NCBI RefSeq assembly: GCF_009914755.1
Contig: NC_060928.1
Strand: one strand, 5' to 3'
Length of the DNA stretch: 64,000 nucleotides
Source of the DNA: the human T2T-CHM13v2.0 reference genome, Homo sapiens
A program made the translations under genes and the position numbers. Shown here piece by piece: positions 41,701 to 54,800 of this stretch; the first letter of the stretch is position 1, and the number at the start of each line of letters is the position of its first letter. The notes under the pieces were generated by a model. That model made no database searches and was not told the origin of the DNA. It saw nothing but the letters and a program-made list of their open reading frames with translations.

Positions 41701-44700
41701 TCTCTGTGATGTTTGCATTCCACTCATAGTGTTGAAAACTTCCTTTCATAGAGCAGGTTTGAAACACTCTTTTTGTAATATTTGGAAGTGGACATTTGCA
41801 GCGCTTTGAGGCCTATGGTGAAAAAGGAAATATCTTCTCATAAAAACCAGAAACAAGCATTCTCAGAAACTTCTTTTTGATGTGTGTACTCAAGTAACAG
41901 AGTTGAACCTTCCTTTTGACACAGCAGTTTTGAAACAATCTTTTTGTAGAATCTGCAAGTGGATATTTGGATAGCTTTGAGGATTTCGTTGGAAACGGGA
42001 TATCTTCATATAAAATCTAGACAGAAGCATTCTCAGAAACTTCTTTGTGCTGTATGTCCTCAATTAACAGAGTTGAACCATTGCTTGGATACAGCATTTT
42101 GGAAACATTCCTTGAGTAGAATCTGCAAGTTGATATTTAGATAGATTTGAAGATTTCGTTGGAAAAGGGAATATCTCCATAGAAAATCTAGAGGGAAGCA
42201 TTCTCAGAAACTGCTTTGTGATGTTTCCATTCAAGTCACAGAGTTGAATATTCCCTTTTATAGAGCACGTTTGAAACACTCTTTCTGCACTATCTGGAAG
42301 TGGACATTTCGAGCGCTTTGAGGCCTATGGTGAAAAAGGAAATATCTTCCCATAAAAACTAGACAGAAGCATTCTCAGAAACTTGTTTGTGATGTGTGTA
42401 TTCAACTAACAGAGTTGAACTTTTGTTTTTACAGAGCCGTTTTAAAACACTCTTTTTGTGGAATCAGAAAGTGGATATTCGGATGGCTCTGAGGATTTCG
42501 TTGGAAGCGGGATTACATATAAAATCTAGAGAGAAGCATTCTCAGGAACTTCTTTGTGATGTTTGCATTGAAGTCACAGAATTGAACATTCACTTTGATA
42601 GAGCAGGTTTGAAACACTCATTCTGTAGTATCTGGAAGTGGACATTTCAAGCGCTTTCAGGCCTATGGTGAGAAAGGAAATATCTTCGAATAAAAACTAG
42701 ACAGAAGCATCCTCAGAAACTTATTTGTGATGTGTGTCCTCAACTAACAGAGTTGAAACTTTGTTTTGATACAGCATTTTGGAAACACTCTTTTTGTAGA
42801 ATCTGCAGGTGGATATTTGGATAGCTTAGAGGGATTCGTTGGAAAGGGGATATCTTCATATAAAATCTAGACAGAAGCATTCTCAGAAACTTATTTGTGA
42901 TGTGTGTCCTCAACTAACAGAGTTGAACCTTGGTTTTGATACAGCATTTTGGAAACACTCCTTTTGTAGAATCTGCAGGTGGATATGTGGATAGCTCTGA
43001 AGATTTCGTTGGAAACGGGAATTTCTTCATATAAAATCAAACAGAAGCATTCTCAGAAACTTCTCAGTGATGTTTGCATTCAGCTCATGGAGTTGAACAC
43101 TTCCTTTCATAGAGCCGGTTTGAAACACTCTTTCTGCACTACCTGGAAGAGGACATTTCGAGCGCTTTGAGTCCTATGGTGAAAAAGGAAATATCTTCTC
43201 ATAAAAACCAGAAAGAAGCATTCTCAGAAACTTCTTTGTGTTGTGTGTACTCATGTAACAGTGTTGAACCATCCTTTTGACAGAGCAGTTTTGAAACACT
43301 CTTTTTGTAGAATCTGCAAGTGGATATTTGGATAGCTTTGAGGATTTCGTTGGAAACGGGATGACATATAATATCTAGAGAGAAGCATTCTCAGGAACTT
43401 CTTTGTGATGTTTGCATTCAAGTCACAGAATTGAACATTCCCTTTCATAGAGCAGGTTTGAAACACTCTTTCTCTAGTATCTGGAAGTGGGCATTTCAAG
43501 CGCTTTCAGGCCTATGGAGAGAAAGGAAATACCTTCAAATAAAAACTAGACAGAAGCATTCTCAGAAACTTATTTGTGATGTGTGTCCTCAACTAACAGA
43601 GTTGAACCTTTGTTTTGATACAGCATTTTGGAAACACTCCTTTTGTAGAATCTGCAGGTGGATATTTGGATAGCTTTGAAGATTTCGTTGGAAACCGGAA
43701 TATCTTCATATAAAATCAAGACAGAAGCATTCTCGGAAACATCTCTGTGATGTTTGCATTCAACTCAGTAGAGTTGAACACTTCCTTTCATAGAGCAGGT
43801 TTGAAACACTCTTTCTGCACTACCTGGAAGCGGACATTTCGAGCGCTTTGAGGCCTATGGTGAAAAAGGAAATATCTTCTCATAAAAACCAGAAAGAAGC
43901 ATTCTCAGAAACTTCTTTGTGTTGTGTGTACTCAAGTAACAGTGTTGAACCTTCCTTTTGACACAGCAGTTTTGAAACACTCTTTTGGTAGAATCTGCAA
44001 GTGGATATTTGGATAGCTTTGAGGATTTCGTTGGAAACGGGTTATCTTCATATAAAATGCAGACAGGAGCATTCTCAGAAACTTCTTTGTGCTGTATGTC
44101 CTCAATTCACAGAGCTGAACCTTTGTTTGGATACAGCATTTTGGAGACATTCCTTTAGTAGAATCTGCAAGTTGATATTTAGATAGCTTTGAAGATTTCG
44201 TTGGAAACGGGAATATCTTCATAGAAAATCTAGACGGAAGCATTCTCAGAAACTGCTTTGTGATGTTTGCATTCAAGTCACAGAGTTGAATATTCCCTTT
44301 TATAGAGTAGGTTTGAAACACTCTTTCGGCACTACCTGGAAGTGGATATTTCGAGCTCTTTGAGGCCTATGTTTAAAAGGAAATATCTTCCCATAAAAAC
44401 TAGACAGAAGCCGTCTCAGAAACTTGTTTGTGATGTGTGTATTCAACTACCAGAGTTGAACATTTCTGTTACAGAGCAATTTTAAAACACTCTTTTTGTG
44501 GAATCTGAAAGTGGATAATTGGATAGCTTTGTGGATTTCGTTGGAAACGGGATGACGTATAAAATCTAGAGAGAAGCATTCTCAGGAACTTCTTTCTGAT
44601 GTTTGCATTCAAGTCACAGAATTGAACATTCCTTTTCATAGTGCAGGTTTGAAACACTCTTTCTGTAGTATCTGGAAGTGGACATTTCAAGCGCTTTCAG

Positions 44701-47700
44701 GCCTACGGGGAGAAAGGAAATATCTTCAAATAAAAACTAGACAGAAGGATTCTCAGAAACTTATTTGTGATGTGTGTCCTAAACGAACACAGTTGAACCT
44801 TTGTTTTGATACAGCATTTTGGAAACACTCCTTTTGTAGGATCTGCAGGTGGATATTTGGATAGATTTTAAGATTTCGTTGGAAACGGGAATTTCTTCAT
44901 AGAAACTCAAGACAGATGCATTCTCAGAAACTTCTCTGTGATGTTTGCATTCCACTCATAGAGTTGAAAACTTCCTTTCATAGAGCAGGTTTGAAACACT
45001 CTTTTTGTAATATTTGGAAGTGGACATTTGCAGCGCTTTGAGGCCTATGGTGAAAAAGGAAATATCTTCTCATAAAAACCAGAAACAAGCATTCTCAGAA
45101 ACTTCTTTTTGATGTGTGTACTCAAGTAACAGAGTTGAACCTTCCTTTTGACACAGCAGTTTTGAAACAATCTTTTTGTAGAATCTGCAAGTGGATATTT
45201 GGATAGCTTTGAGGATTTCGTTGGAAACGGGATATCTTCATATAAAATCTAGACAGAAGCATTCTCAGAAACTTCTTTGTGCTGTATGTCCTCAATTAAC
45301 AGAGTTGAACCATTGCTTGGATACAGCATTTTGGAAACATTCCTTGAGTAGAATCTGCAAGTTGATATTTAGATAGATTTGAAGATTTCGTTGGAAAAGG
45401 GAATATCTCCATAGAAAATCTAGAGGGAAGCATTCTCAGAAACTGCTTTGTGATGTTTCCATTCAAGTCACAGAGTTGAATATTCCCTTTTATAGAGCAC
45501 GTTTGAAACACTCTTTCTGCACTATCTGGAAGTGGACATTTCGAGCGCTTTGAGGCCTATGGTGAAAAAGCAAATATCTTCCCACAAAAACTAGACAGAA
45601 GCATTCTCAGAAACTTGTTTGTGATGTGTGTATTCAACTAACAGAGTTGAACTTTTGTTTTTACAGAGCCGTTTTAAAACACTCTTTTTGTGGAATCAGA
45701 AAGTGGATATTCGGATGGCTCTGAGGATTTCGTTGGAAGCGGGATTACATATAAAATCTAGAGAGAAGCATTCTCAGGAACTTCTTTGTGATGTTTGCAT
45801 TGAAGTCACAGAATTGAACATTCACTTTGATAGAGCAGGTTTGAAACACTCATTCTGTAGTATCTGGAAGTGGACATTTCAAGCGCTTTCAGGCCTATGG
45901 TGAGAAAGGAAATATCTTCGAATAAAAACTAGACAGAAGCATCCTCAGAAACTTATTTGTGATGTGTGTCCTCAACTAACAGAGTTGAAACTTTGTTTTG
46001 ATACAGCATTTTGGAAACACTCTTTTTGTAGAATCTGCAGGTGGATATTTGGATAGCTTAGAGGGATTCGTTGGAAAGGGGATATCTTCATATAAAATCT
46101 AGACAGAAGCATTCTCAGAAACTTATTTGTGATGTGTGTCCTCAACTAACAGAGTTGAACCTTGGTTTTGATACAGCATTTTGGAAACACTCCTTTTGTA
46201 GAATCTGCAGGTGGATATGTGGATAGCTCTGAAGATTTCGTTGGAAACGGGAATTTCTTCATATAAAATCAAACAGATGCATTCTCAGAAACTTCTCAGT
46301 GATGTTTGCATTCAGCTCATGGAGTTGAACACTTCCTTTCATAGAGCCGGTTTGAAACACTCTTTCTGCACTACCTGGAAGAGGACATTTCGAGCGCTTT
46401 GAGTCCTATGGTGAAAAAGGAAATATCTTCTCATAAAAACCAGAAAGAAGCATTCTCAGAAACTTCTTTGTGTTGTGTATACTCATGTAACAGTGTTGAA
46501 CCATCCTTTTGACAGAGCAGTTTTGAAACACTCTTTTTGTAGAATCTGCAAGTGGATATTTGGATAGCTTTGAGGATTTCGTTGGAAACGGGATGACATA
46601 TAGTATCTAGAGAGAAGCATTCTCAGGAACTTCTTTGTGATGTTTGCATTCAAGTCACAGAATTGAACATTCCCTTTCATAGAGCAGGTTTGAAACACTC
46701 TTTCTCTAGTATCTGGAAGTGGGCATTTCAAGCGCTTTCAGGCCTATGGAGAGAAAGGAAATACCTTCAAATAAAAACTAGACAGAAGCATTCTCAGAAA
46801 CTTATTTGTGATGTGTGTCCTCAACTAACAGAGTTGAACCTTTGTTTTGATACAGCATTTTGGAAACACTCCTTTTGTAGAATCTGCAGGTGGATATTTG
46901 GATAGCTTTGAAGATTTCGTTGGAAACCGGAATATCTTCATATAAAATCAAGACAGAAGCATTCTCGGAAACATCTCTGTGATGTTTGCATTCAACTCAG
47001 TAGAGTTGAACACTTCCTTTCATAGAGCAGGTTTGAAACACTCTTTCTGCACTACCTGGAAGCGGACATTTCGAGCGCTTTGAGGCCTATGGTGAAAAAG
47101 GAAATATCTTCTCATAAAAACCAGAAAGAAGCATTCTCAGAAACTTCTTTGTGTTGTGTGTACTCAAGTAACAGTGTTGAACCTTCCTTTTGACACAGCA
47201 GTTTTGAAACACTCTTTTGGTAGAATCTGCAAGTGGATATTTGGATAGCTTTGAGGATTTCGTTGGAAACGGGTTATCTTCATATAAAATGCAGACAGGA
47301 GCATTCTCAGAAACTTCTTTGTGCTGTATGTCCTCAATTCACAGAGCTGAACCTTTGTTTGGATACAGCGTTTTGGAGACATTCCTTTAGTAGAATCTGC
47401 AAGTTGATATTTAGATAGCTTTGAAGATTTCGTTGGAAACGGGAATATCTTCATAGAAAATCTAGACGGAAGCATTCTCAGAAACTGCTTTGTGATGTTT
47501 GCATTCAAGTCACAGAGTTGAATATTCCCTTTTATAGAGTAGGTTTGAAACACTCTTTCGGCACTACCTGGAAGTGGATATTTCGAGCTCTTTGAGGCCT
47601 ATGGTTAAAAGGAAATATCTTCCCATAAAAACTAGACAGAAGCCGTCTCAGAAACTTGTTTGTGATGTGTGTATTCAACTACCAGAGTTGAACATTTCTG

Positions 47701-50700
47701 TTACAGACCAATTTTAAAACACTCTTTTTGTGGAATCTGAAAGTGGATAATTGGATAGCTTTGTGGATTTCGTTGGAAACGGGATGACGTATAAAATCTA
47801 GAGAGAAGCATTCTCAGGAACTTCTTTCTGATGTTTGCATTCAAGTCACAGAATTGAACATTCCTTTTCATAGTGCAGGTTTGAAACACTCTTTCTGTAG
47901 TATCTGGAAGTGGACATTTCAAGCGCTTTCAGGCCTACGGGGAGAAAGGAAATATCTTCAAATAAAAACTAGACAGAAGGATTCTCAGAAACTTATTTGT
48001 GATGTGTGTCCTAAACGAACACAGTTGAACCTTTGTTTTGATACAGCATTTTGGAAACACTCCTTTTGTAGGATCTGCAGGTGGATATTTGGATAGATTT
48101 TAAGATTTCGTTGGAAACGGGAATTTCTTCATAGAAACTCAAGACAGATGCATTCTCAGAAACTTCTCTGTGATGTTTGCATTCCACTCATAGAGTTGAA
48201 AACTTCCTTTCATAGAGCAGGTTTGAAACACTCTTTTTGTAATATTTGGAAGTGGACATTTGCAGCGCTTTGAGGCCTATGGTGAAAAAGGAAATATCTT
48301 CTCATAAAAACCAGAAACAAGCATTCTCAGAAACTTCTTTTTGATGTGTGTACTCAAGTAACAGAGTTGAACCTTCCTTTTGACACAGCAGTTTTGAAAC
48401 AATCTTTTTGTAGAATCTGCAAGTGGATATTTGGATAGCTTTGAGGATTTCGTTGGAAACGGGATATCTTCATATAAAATATAGACAGAAGCATTCTCAG
48501 AAACTTCTTTGTGCTGTATGTCCTCAATTAACAGAGTTGAACCATTGCTTGGATACAGCATTTTGGAAACATTCCTTGAGTAGAATCTGCAAGTTGATAT
48601 TTAGATAGATTTGAAGATTTCGTTGGAAAAGGGAATATCTCCATATAAAATCTAGAGGGAAGCATTCTCAGAAACTGCTTTGTGATGTTTCCATTCAAGT
48701 CACAGAGTTGAATATTCCCTTTTATAGAGCACGTTTGAAACACTCTTTCTGCACTATCTGGAAGTGGACATTTCGAGCGCTTTGAGGCCTATGGTGAAAA
48801 AGCAAATATCTTCCCACAAAAACTAGACAGAAGCATTCTCAGAAACTTGTTTGTGATGTGTGTATTCAACTAACAGAGTTGAACTTTTGTTTTTACAGAG
48901 CCGTTTTAAAACACTCTTTTTGTGGAATCAGAAAGTGGATATTCGGATGGCTCTGAGGATTTCGTTGGAAGCGGGATTACATATAAAATCTAGAGAGAAG
49001 CATTCTCAGGAACTTCTTTGTGATGTTTGCATTGAAGTCACAGAATTGAACATTCACTTTGATAGAGCAGGTTTGAAACACTCATTCTGTAGTATCTGGA
49101 AGTGGACATTTCAAGCGCTTTCAGGCCTATGGTGAGAAAGGAAATATCTTCGAATAAAAACTAGACAGAAGCATCCTCAGAAACTTATTTGTGATGTGTG
49201 TCCTCAACTAACAGAGTTGAAACTTTGTTTTGATACAGCATTTTGGAAACACTCTTTTTGTAGAATCTGCAGGTGGATATTTGGATAGCTTAGAGGGATT
49301 CGTTGGAAAGGGGATATCTTCATATAAAATCTAGACAGAAGCATTCTCAGAAACTTATTTGTGATGTGTGTCCTCAACTAACAGAGTTGAACCTTGGTTT
49401 TGATACAGCATTTTGGAAACACTCCTTTTGTAGAATCTGCAGGTGGATATGTGGATAGCTCTGAAGATTTCGTTGGAAACGGGAATTTCTTCATATAAAA
49501 TCAAACAGATGCATTCTCAGAAACTTCTCAGTGATGTTTGCATTCAGCTCATGGAGTTGAACACTTCCTTTCATAGAGCCGGTTTGAAACACTCTTTCTG
49601 CACTACCTGGAAGAGGACATTTCGAGCGCTTTGAGTCCTATGGTGAAAAAGGAAATATCTTCTCATAGAAACCAGAAAGAAGCATTCTCAGAAACTTCTT
49701 TGTGTTGTGTGTACTCATGTAACAGTGTTGAACCATCCTTTTGACAGAGCAGTTTTGAAACACTCTTTTTGTAGAATATGCAAGTGGATATTTGGATAGC
49801 TTTGAGGATTTCGTTGGAAACGGGATGACATATAATATCTAGAGAGAAGCATTCTCAGGAACTTCTTTGTGATGTTTGCATTCAAGTCACAGAATTGAAC
49901 ATTCCCTTTCATAGAGCAGGTTTGAAACACTCTTTCTCTAGTATCTGGAAGTGGGCATTTCAAGCGCTTTCAGGCCTATGGAGAGATAGGAAATACCTTC
50001 AAATAAAAACTAGACAGAAGCATTCTCAGAAACTTATTTGTGATGTGTGTCCTCAACTAACAGAGTTGAACCTTTGTTTTGATACAGCATTTTGGAAACA
50101 CTCCTTTTGTAGAATCTGCAGGTGGATATTTGGATAGCTTTGAAGATTTCGTTGGAAACCGGAATATCTTCATATAAAATCAAGACAGAAGCATTCTCGG
50201 AAACATCTCTGTGATGTTTGCATTCAACTCAGTAGAGTTGAACACTTCCTTTCATAGAGCAGGTTTGAAACACTCTTTCTGCACTACCTGGAAGCGGACA
50301 TTTCGAGCGCTTTGAGGCCTATGGTGAAAAAGGAAATATCTTCTCATAAAAACCAGAAAGAAGCATTCTCAGAAACTTCTTTGTGTTGTGTGTACTCAAG
50401 TAACAGTGTTGAACCTTCCTTTTGACACAGCAGTTTTGAAACACTCTTTTGGTAGAATCTGCAAGTGGATATTTGGATAGCTTTGAGGATTTCATTGGAA
50501 ACGGGTTATCTTCATATAAAATCCAGACAGGAGCATTCTCAGAAACTTCTTTGTGCTGTATGTCCTGAATTCACAGAGCTGAACCTTTGTTTGGATACAG
50601 CATTTTGGAGACATTCCTTTAGTAGAATCTGCAAGTTGATATTTAGATAGCTTTGAAGATTTCGTTGGAAACGGGAATATCTTCATAGAAAATCTAGACG

Positions 50701-51849
50701 GAAGCATTCTCAGAAACTGCTTTGTGATGTTTGCATTCAAGTCACAGAGTTGAATATTCCCTTTTATAGAGTAGGTTTGAAACACTCTTTCGGCACTACC
50801 TGGAAGTGGATATTTCGAGCTCTTTGAGGCCTATGGTTAAAAGGAAATATCTTCCCATAAAAACTAGACAGAAGCCGTCTCAGAAACTTGTTTGTGATGT
50901 GTGTATTCAACTGCCAGAGTTGAACATTTCTGTTACAGAGCAATTTTAAAACACTCTTTTTGTGGAATCTGAAAGTGGATAATTGGATAGCTTTGTGGAT
51001 TTCGTTGGAAACGGGATGACGTATAAAATCTAGAGAGAAGCATTCTCAGGAACTTCTTTCTGATGTTTGCATTCAAGTCACAGAATTGAACATTCCTTTT
51101 CATAGTGCAGGTTTGAAACACTCTTTCTGTAGTATCTGGAAGTGGACATTTCAAGCGCTTTCAGGCCTACGGGGAGAAAGGAAATATCTTCAAATAAAAA
51201 CTAGACAGAAGGATTCTCAGAAACTTATTTGTGATGTGTGTCCTAAACGAACACAGTTGAACCTTTGTTTTGATACAGCATTTTGGAAACACTCCTTTTG
51301 TAGGATCTGCAGGTGGATATTTGGATAGATTTTAAGATTTCGTTGGAAACGGGAGTTTCTTCATATAAACTCAAGACAGATGCATTCTCAGAAACTTCTC
51401 TGTGATGTTTGCATTCCACTCATAGAGTTGAAAACTTCCTTTCATAGAGCAGGTTTGAAACACTCTTTTTGTAATATTTGGAAATGGACATTTGCAGCGC
51501 TTTGAGGCCTATGGTGAAAAAGGAAATATCTTCTCATAAAAACCAGAAACAAGCATTCTCAGAAACTTCTTTTTGATGTGTGTACTCAAGTAACAGAGTT
51601 GAACCTTCCTTTTGACACAGCAGTTTTGAAACAATCTTTTTGTAGAATCTGCAAGTGGATATTTGGATAGCTTTGAGGATTTCGTTGGAAACGGGATATC
51701 TTCATATAAAATCTAGACAGAAGCATTCTCAGAAACTTCTTTGTGCTGTATGTCCTCAATTAACAGAGTTGAACCATTGCTTGGATACAGCATTTTGGAA
51801 ACATTCCTTTAGTAGAATCTGCAAGTTGATATTTAGATAGATTTGTAGA

Positions 51850-51866
51850 TTTCGTTGGAAACGGGA
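51850..51866 (+). other. Variant intact CENP-B box in M1 (also 55082-55098 and 58314-58330)
   Basis: TTTCGTTGGAAACGGGA where the other 17 copies read ...GAAAAGGGA. Confidence 0.95.
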
Positions 51867-54800
51867 ATATCTCCATAGAAAATCTAGACGGAAGCATTCT
51901 CAGAAACTGCTTTGTGATGTTTCCATTCAAGTCACAGAGTTGAATATTCCCTTTTATAGAGCACGTTTGAAACACTCTTTCTGCACTATCTGGAAGTGGA
52001 CATTTCGAGCGCTTTGAGGCCTATGGTGAAAAAGGAATTATCTTCCCATAAAAACTAGACAGAAGCATTCTCAGAAACTTGTTTGTGATGTGTGTATTCA
52101 ACTAACAGAGTTGAACTTTTGTTTTTACAGAGCCGTTTTAAAACACTCTTTTTGTGGAATCAGAAAGTGGATATTCGGATGGCTCTGAGGATTTCGTTGG
52201 AAGCGGGATTACGTATAAAATCTAGAGAGAAGCATTCTCAGGAACTTCTTTGTGATGTTTGCATTGAAGTCACAGAATTGAACATTCACTTTGATAGAGC
52301 AGGTTTGAAACACTCATTCTGTAGTATCTGGAAGTGGACATTTCAAGCGCTTTCAGGCCTATGGTGAGAAAGGAAATATCTTCGAATAAAAACTAGACAG
52401 AAGCATCCTCAGAAACTTATTTGTGATGTGTGTCCTCAACTAACAGAGTTGAAACTTTGTTTTGATACAGCATTTTGGAAACACTCTTTTTGTAGAATCT
52501 GCAGGTGGATATTTGGATAGCTTAGAGGGATTCGTTGGAAAGGGGATATCTTCATATAAAATCTAGACAGAAGCATTCTCAGAAACTTATTTGTGATGTG
52601 TGTCCTCAACTAACAGAGTTGAACCTTGGTTTTGATACAGCATTTTGGAAACACTCCTTTTGTAGAATCTGCAGGTGGATATGTGGATAGCTCTGAAGAT
52701 TTCGTTGGAAACGGGAATTTCTTCATATAAAATCAAACAGAAGCATTCTCAGAAACTTCTCAGTGATGTTTGCATTCAGCTCATGGAGTTGAACACTTCC
52801 TTTCATAGAGCCGGTTTGAAACACTCTTTCTGCACTACCTGGAAGAGGACATTTCGAGCGCTTTGAGTCCTATGGTGAAAAAGGAAATATCTTCTCATAG
52901 AAACCAGAAAGAAGCATTCTCAGAAACTTCTTTGTGTTGTGTGTACTCATGTAACAGTGTTGAACCATCCTTTTGACAGAGCAGTTTTGAAACACTCTTT
53001 TTGTAGAATCTGCAAGTGGATATTTGGATAGCTTTGAGGATTTCGTTGGAAACGGGATGACATATAATATCTAGAGAGAAGCATTCTCAGGAACTTCTTT
53101 GTGATGTTTGCATTCAAGTCACAGAATTGAACATTCCCTTTCATACAGCAGGTTTGAAACACTCTTTCTCTAGTATCTGGAAGTGGGCATTTCAAGCGCT
53201 TTCAGGCCTATGGAGAGAAAGGAAATACCTTCAAATAAAAACTAGACAGAAGCATTCTCAGAAACTTATTTGTGATGTGTGTCCTCAACTAACAGAGTTG
53301 AACCTTTGTTTTGATACAGCATTTTGGAAACACTCCTTTTGTAGAATCTGCAGGTGGATATTTGGATAGCTTTGAAGATTTCGTTGGAAACCGGAATATC
53401 TTCATATAAAATCAAGACAGAAGCATTCTCGGAAACATCTCTGTGATGTTTGCATTCAACTCAGTAGAGTTGAACACTTCCTTTCATAGAGCAGGTTTGA
53501 AACACTCTTTCAGCACTACCTGGAAGCGGACATTTCGAGCGCTTTGAGGCCTATGGTGAAAAAGGAAATATCTTCTCATAAAAACCAGAAAGAAGCATTC
53601 TCAGAAACTTCTTTGTGTTGTGTGTACTCAAGTAACAGTGTTGAACCTTCCTTTTGACAGAGCAGTTTTGAAACACTCTTTTGGTAGAATCTGCAAGTGG
53701 ATATTTGGATAGCTTTGAGGATTTCGTTGGAAACGGGTTATCTTCATATAAAATCCAGACAGGAGCATTCTCAGAAACTTCTTTGTGCTGTATGTCCTCA
53801 ATTCACAGAGCTGAACCTTTGTTTGGATACAGCGTTTTGGAGACATTCCTTTAGTAGAATCTGCAAGTTGATATTTAGATAGCTTTGAAGATTTCGTTGG
53901 AAACGGGAATATCTTCATAGAAAATCTAGACGGAAGCATTCTCAGAAACTGCTTTGTGATGTTTGCATTCAAGTCACAGAGTTGAATATTCCCTTTTATA
54001 GAGTAGGTTTGAAACACTCTTTCGGCACTACCTGGAAGTGGATATTTCGAGCTCTTTGAGGCCTATGGTTAAAAGGAAATATCTTCCCATAAAAACTAGA
54101 CAGAAGCCGTCTCAGAAACTTGTTTGTGATGTGTGTATTCAACTACCAGAGTTGAACATTTCTGTTACAGAGCAATTTTAAAACACTCTTTTTGTGGAAT
54201 CTGAAAGTGGATAATTGGATAGCTTTGTGGATTTCGTTGGAAACGGGATGACGTATAAAATCTAGAGAGAAGCATTCTCAGGAACTTCTTTCTGATGTTT
54301 GCATTCAAGTCACAGAATTGAACATTCCTTTTCATAGTGCAGGTTTGAAACACTCTTTCTGTAGTATCTGGAAGTGGACATTTCAAGCGCTTTCAGGCCT
54401 ACGGGGAGAAAGGAAATATCTTCAAATAAAAACTAGACAGAAGGATTCTCAGAAACTTATTTGTGATGTGTGTCCTAAACGAACACAGTTGAACCTTTGT
54501 TTTGATACAGCATTTTGGAAACACTCCTTTTGTAGGATCTGCAGGTGGATATTTGGATAGATTTTAAGATTTCGTTGGAAACGGGAATTTCTTCATAGAA
54601 ACTCAAGACAGATGCATTCTCAGAAACTTCTCTGTGATGTTTGCATTCCACTCATAGAGTTGAAAACTTCCTTTCATAGAGCAGGTTTGAAACACTCTTT
54701 TTGTAATATTTGGAAGTGGACATTTGCAGCGCTTTGAGGCCTATGGTGAAAAAGGAAATATCTTCTCATAAAAACCAGAAACAAGCATTCTCAGAAACTT

